Shown: positions 31,401 to 37,778 of the stretch, in pieces
Layout: each line of letters begins with the position of its first letter
Position numbering within the stretch: position 1 is the stretch's first letter
Origin: Stramenopiles sp. TOSAG23-3
Lineage: Eukaryota
Assembly (NCBI GenBank): GCA_900128585.1
Contig: LT642190.1
Span: forward strand, 1-37,778
Reading direction: 5' to 3'
DNA length: 37,778 bases
Notes under the pieces: model-generated
Database searches by the model: none
What the model was told of the DNA's origin: nothing
Seen by the model: only the letters and a program-made list of their open reading frames with translations
Program-made: the position numbers and the translations under genes

Positions 31401-33175
31401 ATTTTGAACTCCACTTCATCGTCGACTTTAAAGGCCTTCCCTTTCGCGCCGCTTTTCGTCGAAAGGCCCAGGTCAAACGCGATTTGCGACGTCCGCGTCC
31501 CGACCGGGACGATGCTACCCCTCCTCCCACTGATGGCCGAGATTTTTCCCTGGAACGACGGCATTTTCCCTTTCAGCTGCTCCGAAACAAACGCTTGCTT
31601 CTGTTCCAACAACGTCTGGGTCACCTCTATTCGCAGGGCGTGCTTCGTCCCCGTTCGTTTCTCGACGGCGACTTGAAATGTACACATGTCCCCGACACGA
31701 ACGCACTGCCTTCCTTTGTCCTTGGTTTTACCAGACTGGGCGTCCGCCACCCCGAACGAGAACTGGGCCTCCTTGCCGTCATGCTCTACCTGGCGGACCC
31801 TTCCGGATCGGTCTGCTTTCCCTTTTCTACTTTTGTCGCCCCGATAGTCCCTTCGCCTCTCGATGGCTTCGCGGGTGATGACCCCTTTGTACACTGTCTG
31901 ATCGCTGACATCGTCCCACTGAACCGTTCCTGGTTTTAATTTCGTCACCCCAACGGCGTTGTAATCGCCTCCTTTGCGTCCTTTGTTACGCCTTGATTTG
32001 ACAACTTCGTACTCGACCTCGTCTCCCACGCGTAGATCGTTCGCGCTCGTCTTTGTGTCCCGAAAGCTGAAGAAGAAATCCCGGTCTTCGCTGCAGCTTT
32101 TGATGAACCCAAACTGCGAATCGCTCATCGTTGACACGATTACTCCCTGGTCCATCTGTTTCGGCGGCTCCGGTTTCTTGAGAATTTTTACCTTTTGCGG
32201 ATTCCGCAGCCCCCCTCCCGTCTTTCTACTCGGTGTTGGGCCTGCCTGTTCGGCCGGGGCTGGCGCAGGGTCGAGGCGATCGGCAGGAAGCGACGATGCT
32301 AAATTCTCCCCCGTTTTCCACTGGTTGACAGAGGGGTCGTGGGGTCTACTGCTGCGGACAATCACGCCCGGTGCCATGCCTGGGCCGTCGCTTCGCGCGC
32401 GATAATCGTTGCTCCCACGGGCACCGTCGTTACGGTCACCGCCATGGGAGCGGTAGTCTTGCCCTCCCCGGTCGTTGCGCCCCCGACCATCGTAGCCACG
32501 ATCGTTGTACCCGCCGCCACGGCCACGGTCGTTGCGCCCCCGACCATCGTAGCCACGGTCGTTATACCCACCGCCACGGTCACGATCGTTGCGCCCCCGA
32601 CCATCGTAGCCACGGTCGTTATACCCACCGCCACGGCCTCGGTCGTTGTATCCACCGCCCCGGCCTCGGTCGTTGTACCCACCACCACGGCCTCGGTCGT
32701 TGTACCCACGGTCAGACTGCCGCCTGTCCTGTTGCTGGTACCCATCACTTCTGGATCGCGAATCTCCCCGTCTATCCCCATACTGGTCGTTCCTGCCGGC
32801 ACTGCCCCTTGCGTCCCCGCGCTGGTAACTAGGGGCACGCTGCTGCTGCTCAGGTCGCCGTTCGAAGCTGTTGCCTCTGTCACGACGGGACGGTTGGGCC
32901 TGCGGCGCACGCTGGTGCTGCTGCTGCTCAGGTCGCCGTTCGAAACTGTTGCCTCTGTCACGACGGGGCGGTTGGGCCTGCGGCGCACGCTGCTGCTGCC
33001 GCTGCTCAGGTCGCCGTTCGAAGCTGTTGCCTCTGTCACGACGGGACGGTTGGGCCTGCGGCACACGCTGTACGTCTACCTGGGGTTCTTCTTCCGTCTC
33101 TTCTTCGGACAATGACTTCTTGCCATCGCTGTAATCATCATCATCGTCCGAAGACAATTGATCTGCCCAATCCAT
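28409..33175 (-). CDS. CSDE1/UNR-like multi-cold-shock-domain RNA-binding protein with RGG/DRYG-rich N-terminus and SUZ-C tail
   Basis: Repeated OB/CSD units (FGFIKS..RDFFFSF..LRVGDEVEY; VGYIEC..YSFH..TGDEVEF; PRIGDVVEF; STGDEVSY) and C-terminal KAPDGTRGF similar to SUZ-C. Confidence 0.8.
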   Translation of the reverse strand: MDWADQLSSDDDDDYSDGKKSLSEEETEEEPQVDVQRVPQAQPSRRDRGNSFERRPEQRQQQRAPQAQPPRRDRGNSFERRPEQQQHQRAPQAQPSRRDRGNSFERRPEQQQRAPSYQRGDARGSAGRNDQYGDRRGDSRSRSDGYQQQDRRQSDRGYNDRGRGGGYNDRGRGGGYNDRGRGGGYNDRGYDGRGRNDRDRGGGYNDRGYDGRGRNDRGRGGGYNDRGYDGRGRNDRGGQDYRSHGGDRNDGARGSNDYRARSDGPGMAPGVIVRSSRPHDPSVNQWKTGENLASSLPADRLDPAPAPAEQAGPTPSRKTGGGLRNPQKVKILKKPEPPKQMDQGVIVSTMSDSQFGFIKSCSEDRDFFFSFRDTKTSANDLRVGDEVEYEVVKSRRNKGRKGGDYNAVGVTKLKPGTVQWDDVSDQTVYKGVITREAIERRRDYRGDKSRKGKADRSGRVRQVEHDGKEAQFSFGVADAQSGKTKDKGRQCVRVGDMCTFQVAVEKRTGTKHALRIEVTQTLLEQKQAFVSEQLKGKMPSFQGKISAISGRRGSIVPVGTRTSQIAFDLGLSTKSGAKGKAFKVDDEVEFKIVDVPNLPSAAKDDDATEFAVQLKKLKAGTVSFFEVVAKGAFGYVTKGVEFPRTSRSSRGRKGHQTAKPVGRGGVIELEDASLLNPGPGASPTQKKKKGGGRRSRSVSSNLKSDISFSSDDVLYTDWAWLGRDLPAQFLPGDQVKLDITRANYGKDRKLRVSNIAMVAPYKRGSHVQRASREYGTVMQVREGFALSQRSTQRGNILLSFSSVFANIRNSAAGGTAGNQRGMPPPLQERYDISFDVEDDPYSNDKEGNKRQIATRVVILPKGALAKRKTSVVSTKVPGVVTEVASNHGPGGRSGRGHEKGNGTIEVNASAIGWKNLQALFPLLQARLLDFRAAKSAKQLEVEALRCSPLKRYFLTETCREFGFQVKEASPTKSRSRVPLTKFTIRRAADGEGKNGAKKSKGVKRGKPDRKKKGQNLKAEDAAEPEEDNPAATELPVQVQFMPDALESIRTNLGVGDEVECELFVRNVSLSSGEVLHGRKIKVTKKKPIVIPKEYGIVAFYNKNKPVGYIECVSKTRGRYSFHQNELAGQAPNRDKRGKGSSKSKAKKSSPPLCTGDEVEFVVGNIEKDSRRTKRPGRRDADGDKASALKVKRLAKGTIAKKLGKEYRFVEIEGFAGKFEGVVVSENVEGASERRGRGVRGRPVPRRRQLGKIDVSGEDELKERFEAMLTQHTKPRRNQVPAKGAPEKADPVKAAPVKADPVTAGTEEASGESVQESHPKEKLSGALEELTSLTERLEKAKLEDSDAAKPPRKAFLPVSFRTFDCRFSDGRVWIPRIGDVVEFSIAQDKLLKDTVVAYDIKLKSQHGVADKGVVENVRLGEDSEVIGGNIRSYEFRTNSVRFDASDIFPNGAGEQIALSTGDEVSYLLVNVGKKTLSGKGKPHSRAPLKAVNIELIKAAPKFRTSRQRVNQNLLLARLESGGHKGGMVLSKVAKAPDGTRGFTLKRTVGSVGKENQKKEEEVTAEEREAVEVEEKEALVAEDTAVPSKD
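32466..32710 (-). repeat. Coding tandem repeats encoding (YNDRGRGGG)n and YNDRGYDGRGRNDR
   Basis: Recurrent CCACGGTCGTT/GTACCC units visible in the DNA. Confidence 0.9.
32838..33072 (-). repeat. Three coding repeats of about 75 bp encoding QRAPQAQPSRRDRGNSFERRPEQQ
   Basis: Near-identical GCTCAGGTCGCCGTTCGAA..GTTGCCTCTGTCACGACGGG..GGTTGGGCCTGCGG blocks occur three times. Confidence 0.9.
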
Positions 33176-34329
33176 TCCTACCCAATCGGTTTGTTTATTT
33201 CGTTTCTCCCACCGAAGTGTATTGTTGTATTTATGTATATATAGATACGCGGCTTCTGAGTCTTATGTGTTGAAGAAGGGGGGCAGTCGTATCTATTATT
33301 AATAACACGTTTCTCCGTTCGATATGTATTCAAACTCCAATATTCAATTCTTAACTTTTCTCTCTTCCTTTCTTTAAATCTTTCTTTCTCTATATTGTTT
33401 GTTTCTTTCTTTCTTTCCCTCTTCCTTTCTTTCTCTCTGTCTTTCTCTCTCTGTCTTTCTTTCTTTCATTCTTTCATTCTCTTTCTTTCTTTTGCCACCA
33501 CCACTGCCCGCGAGGACCGCCATTCTTCCCAATGGCGGGAACATATAATATAAGGATAAAAATAAATAAACTAAAAGTAAACTTTCTTTTCGTTTTAATT
33601 ATAATAAATTTAAAATAAAAAAAAGATAAATAAAACTATATTTATTTATGTAAAGATTGTACTTTGTAATTAAAATGTATATAAAAATGAAATAATAAAA
33701 GTGTTCTTTTTTACTTAAAAAGAAAAGAATTTAATTTTACGAGATCCTACAATTTTAGCATAGAAATAGAATGAGTTTGATATTATATGCTATGTGTATG
33801 TATGTACTACTTCTTGAGGTTTGAAATTATTGTACTTTATATAGGAATTGTTGAAACAAGTTATACTTAATAAGTGTAGTAAAGTATTTATAAATATTAC
33901 ATTATTGTAGTTAATTTATTACCTTTATTCCTATCATTATCGAAATGAAAAGAAGACAAAAGAATTTTATTTTTTCTTCTTTTTTTTTGTGTTTCTGAAG
34001 AAATTCAGGTATTTTAACAGGTACATAGCATAGAATATTGAAGTAAAAGACCTTCACTTTTTTTAACTTTTTTTTGTTTTTCAATGTTGTGTCTATGTTA
34101 TTTAAAAAAATAAGAAAGACATCCTCTTTTTTTTCTTTTTTTTTCTTTTTTCTTCTTCTTCTTCTTCTTCTCTTCTTCTCTTCTTCCGTGCGCGCCCACG
34201 CCCACACGCGGACACTTTATGGTTTACTCTACAGTTCGTGTTGATGAATGGATTGATATGAAAGATAGAAAACGAATTGAAGAAGAAACTTACACGAAAC
34301 ACTTTTGTTTAGTTACAAAAAATTTAATA

Positions 34330-34900
34330 AACCCTCCTAAGCATGAGGCTAAACTGCAAACGTATTCGTGAAGTGGAAAGACTGGGTTGAGCGCAAACCG
34401 TTCCCGTCCGCATCCTTCGGGTGTGGCCGCATCCCTCTTCGAGGGGGTGTGGTGTGCGGTATGGGAGCGGGCAAGTGCCTGCTGAGGAGAGAGGGTCATG
34501 TGGTCAGGTGAATCTAAGTAGCCGGTTCCGCCTCCTCCAACACTCATGTTTGTTGCTACGTGACAACTTTAGTTTACTACACTTTCTCGTCTGGGAGTGC
34601 TCTACTGGGAGCTTTCTGGAGTGTAAAATGGTTTTCCTGAAAAGGTACATGTTATTCGGTGATGGACCGGCGCTCGTTTGCGCAACCCATCTGCCTTGGA
34701 CGGGATAGGGGGGAGCACATCAATGGGAGTGCTCTTACACGGGATTGTGATATTGAAATTTTCCCCTGGTTCCCTGAACGCCATCTCTTGTTAGTTTTAC
34801 GAAAATTCTCTCGCTGATCACCGGCCGTGGGCCCCGACGTTTTGTGCATGCTAGCGTTTTCCTGCTACTTAGCAGGCCTGCATCATGAAAGTCGGATGGC
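34330..34900 (+). ncRNA. Candidate large structured RNA, or structured 5' leader of the eIF4A-like gene
   Basis: Nested helices 34379-34398/34676-34692, 34398-34407/34460-34469 (enclosing two TTCG-containing hairpins), 34521-34532/34658-34671 and 34578-34585/34618-34625, plus hairpins 34713-34734 and 34861-34876. Many G-U pairs point to the + strand. Confidence 0.45.
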
Positions 34901-34987
34901 GCCATGGCCGCGAGAAAACGGTCAACTATGATCAGCCATAATGTTCCATTTTTTTTTCTCATTACGACACATATCACAAAACCAAAA

Positions 34988-36241
34988 ATGGAGAAAGTAG
35001 ACGATGAGCGGAACGGTGCCCCACTGGTGGGGGCTAAGGAGGAAAAGGAGCGGAGTGCCGATGGCGACGAGTCGGAGGACGTGGGCACGGAGGTGTACAA
35101 CACGTTCGACGACATGGGAGTGAAGGAAACCCTACTCCGAGGGATCTATGGGATGGGCTACGAACGGCCATCGGCGATCCAAAAGCGGGCGATTGTACCC
35201 GTTTTTCGGGGACACGACTGTATCTGTCAGTCCCAATCGGGGACCGGGAAGACGGCGGCGTTTTGCACGGGGGTCCTGGAGCGTATGGACCTCTCGTTGA
35301 GGGAAGCGCAGGCGATCGTGCTGTCGCCCACCCGCGAGCTTGCGAAACAGACGTACAATGTTTTGTCGAGCATTGGTTCGTACATGGAGGGGATAAAGGT
35401 GCACCTGTTAATCGGGGGGCGGGGGCAACCGTCCAACCGAACGCACGCGCAGATGCTGGAGGAAGGCGTGCACGTCGTGGTTGGCACCCCGGGGCGGGTC
35501 CTGCAGATGGTCGCGGACCTAGGCGCGTTGCGGGTCCATGCGTTGAAGATGCTGGTCTTGGACGAGGCGGACGAGATGCTCTCGATGGGGTTTCAAGAGC
35601 AAATCTACGATTTGGTAAAGTACCTCCCCGAAGAGATGCAGCTTTGTCTTTTTTCGGCGACAATGCCGGGGGAGGCTCTGGCGCTGACCAAAAAGTTCAT
35701 GCGAAACCCGGTGACGATACTAGTCAAGCGAGAGGATGTCACGCTACTTGGGATCGAGCAGTTCTTCGTCAACGTCGAGCGTGAGGAGTACAAGGTTGGC
35801 ACGCTGATGGACTTGTATGAGCAGTTGACGATCACCCAGGCGGTCATCTTTTGCAACATGAAACGGAAGTGCGACTGGATTGCGGAGAAGATGACCGAGA
35901 ACGATTTTACCGTAAGTGTGCTGCACGGGGAGATGGACCAGCAGGACAGGGACCTGGTTGCCAAAGAGTTCCGGTCGGGGACTAGCCGCGTTTTGATTAC
36001 CACGGATGTGTTGGCCAGAGGGTTCGACTGCCAGCAAGTGAACTTGGTGATCAACTACGACTTGCCTCGAAACAGGGAAAATTACATCCACCGGATAGGG
36101 CGTAGTGGGCGCTTTGGGAGGAAAGGCGTTGCAATCAACTTCGTGACGGCCGGCGATTTGCGGACTATGCGTGACATAGAGAGCTATTACCACACGTTGT
36201 GGACGGAAATGCCTGCAGATTTTGACATTGCGAGTGGTTAG
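34988..36241 (+). CDS. eIF4A-family DEAD-box RNA helicase (divergent; mixed eIF4A/eIF4AIII features)
   Basis: Q motif [52 protein letters not shown]. Likely ATG at 34988, with in-frame upstream ATGs from 34904. Confidence 0.93.
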   Translation: MEKVDDERNGAPLVGAKEEKERSADGDESEDVGTEVYNTFDDMGVKETLLRGIYGMGYERPSAIQKRAIVPVFRGHDCICQSQSGTGKTAAFCTGVLERMDLSLREAQAIVLSPTRELAKQTYNVLSSIGSYMEGIKVHLLIGGRGQPSNRTHAQMLEEGVHVVVGTPGRVLQMVADLGALRVHALKMLVLDEADEMLSMGFQEQIYDLVKYLPEEMQLCLFSATMPGEALALTKKFMRNPVTILVKREDVTLLGIEQFFVNVEREEYKVGTLMDLYEQLTITQAVIFCNMKRKCDWIAEKMTENDFTVSVLHGEMDQQDRDLVAKEFRSGTSRVLITTDVLARGFDCQQVNLVINYDLPRNRENYIHRIGRSGRFGRKGVAINFVTAGDLRTMRDIESYYHTLWTEMPADFDIASG

Positions 36242-36475
36242 GGGGACGACCCCCTGGGGGTTTTGTTGTTTTTTTGTTTTACTGCCTTGGCGAGGCAATT
36301 AGCAGGACGGCGAACAATTTGGACGTTCGTGACGTGAGGCAATTTACGGTAGAAGTGACACGTAATAATTTTAAAGTAGAATTTTTTTTTTAATGAAACC
36401 ATCAGTTCGCTAACCTATTCGTACAAGAAATTATATTTTTATAATTTTAATATTTTATATACACTGTTCAATAAT

Positions 36476-37645
36476 TTACAATCTGCGAAAGATAGATTTC
36501 GATTTCGTTTTCTTTCGTGGCATTACGGAGCTCAAGGCCCTGTTTGTCAACCATCGACCGAACATGGACGACTTTTCCATCGTCGTTTCCCATTTAGACT
36601 CGTAGTTCTTCCGTGTCGATACACGCGCGTCATTTAATTGCAGCATTTTTAGCAGCGGTGTCGTAATGAACGAAGGCAACCATTGGTGTTTGACTTTGGC
36701 CTTGAAGTCGTCAAAATCGATTTCGAATTTGTGGCCACCTTGGCGGCTCGCATCGGGACTGTAATCCGTGGTGAGTTTCAATCTAATGTTCGTGTACGTA
36801 AGGTCCTGGATCACGACCACTGGTTTGAACAGTCTTCCTGTCTTCTTGCTGACGGAATCAGTGTTCAGTACTGATTTCTTCGTGATAATCGAAATGGACG
36901 GCTTTTGCTGCAATATTTGCCAAATGTTGTAATACAGCGCCTGCTTTCCTGCCTTGGTGTTGCCAGCCGCCCGTAGTTGCTCAGTCGATTGGCCCTCCCA
37001 CGGGTTGCGAATGAGGCTGTTCACCTTGTTCATGGCAACGTCGGTAAGTTTCTCTATTATCATCTGGCTAAATTTATTAATAATCGGCAAATTCGTTCCG
37101 CGCATGACAGCGTTTGCCAGCTTGGAAACGGCCTTCTTCAACAAAAGGTGCCCCTTCCCCTCTTCCCCCTTGTGGTTCTTGTGGTCCAGGTAGAGTGGCG
37201 CAACTGTGTGGAGGTCTTTTGTGTTTGGGTCGTAGCACGAGATCTTCGATTTGTGATCCTCTGCTTTCTCAAATGCGTTCATATCCTTGTCGTACGACAG
37301 CTGAAAATCAAGCAGAACGCCAGGTTTCTCTCCCGACATGTTGCAGTTTGATAAAACGTCAAAGTCAGACCGACCAAATTTGCCCATAAACGTATCGGTA
37401 AATACGAGTCTGTCGAACACCAGAACGGCTTTCACGTCCATAAGCGTGTCTTCGTTCTTCCGGAGCAACTTTATGTCAATGGAGGGCATCGCAAAGTTGA
37501 CACCATCCGCCTTGACTTTTTTAATAGAAATGAGATTCACGTCTTGTCGGAGACCTTGGTTGATCGTCTCTCTCAACCCCATAGGTTCCGTTGCGGCGGC
37601 GCAAACCGCGAAGACCGCAAGTAAAGCAACTACAGTAACCTTCAT
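36476..37645 (-). CDS. Hypothetical secreted 389-aa protein
   Basis: Clear signal peptide MKVTVVALLAVFAVCAAA; long ORF; basic C-terminus. No family recognised. Confidence 0.75.
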   Translation of the reverse strand: MKVTVVALLAVFAVCAAATEPMGLRETINQGLRQDVNLISIKKVKADGVNFAMPSIDIKLLRKNEDTLMDVKAVLVFDRLVFTDTFMGKFGRSDFDVLSNCNMSGEKPGVLLDFQLSYDKDMNAFEKAEDHKSKISCYDPNTKDLHTVAPLYLDHKNHKGEEGKGHLLLKKAVSKLANAVMRGTNLPIINKFSQMIIEKLTDVAMNKVNSLIRNPWEGQSTEQLRAAGNTKAGKQALYYNIWQILQQKPSISIITKKSVLNTDSVSKKTGRLFKPVVVIQDLTYTNIRLKLTTDYSPDASRQGGHKFEIDFDDFKAKVKHQWLPSFITTPLLKMLQLNDARVSTRKNYESKWETTMEKSSMFGRWLTNRALSSVMPRKKTKSKSIFRRL

Positions 37646-37778
37646 GTTGACGTGTCAGATCTCAGTGCTCTGGTACTATTCCGTTGCACGAGAATGGAAT
37701 TGATACGAAAGAGCAAACGTTGATGCTGTGGCGAAAGTACAGTTGGAACTTTACAAAACTGTTTACTACACTGCATGA

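Noticed and set aside
34340-34500. Partial resemblance to U3 box B, the U4 5' stem and RNase P CR-I
   Set aside because: The partner elements (box C, CR-V/P4, U6-pairing region) were not found, so no family was assigned.
36240-36280. GC hairpin plus T tract at the helicase stop, resembling an intrinsic terminator
   Set aside because: Eukaryotic Pol II gene; a homopolymer stem next to an AT-rich UTR is likely chance.

Overview
Eukaryotic, gene-dense and apparently intron-free region from a protist (stramenopile-like by impression only; not provable here). GC-rich single-exon CDSs sit mostly in alternating orientation, with short AT-rich convergent gaps and long AT/CT-rich divergent gaps. Recognisable genes: a CYP51 sterol 14-alpha-demethylase fused to a C-terminal cytochrome b5 (ORF open to the window edge), MCM2, a TM9SF/EMP70 gene split by a +1 G homopolymer frameshift, a membrane U-box protein, an ankyrin/EF-hand protein, a purple acid phosphatase, a 12-TM class III cyclase with inverted C2-C1 order and an internal FYVE finger, PAC1/PSMG1, a CSDE1/UNR-like multi-cold-shock protein and a divergent eIF4A-family helicase. 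There are also four unknown ORFs, one of them bracketed by a 51-bp direct repeat. Two non-coding islands (about 5120-5385 and 34330-34900) contain nested long-range helices and are candidate structured RNAs. All calls come from motif reading and hand pairing; no searches were run.
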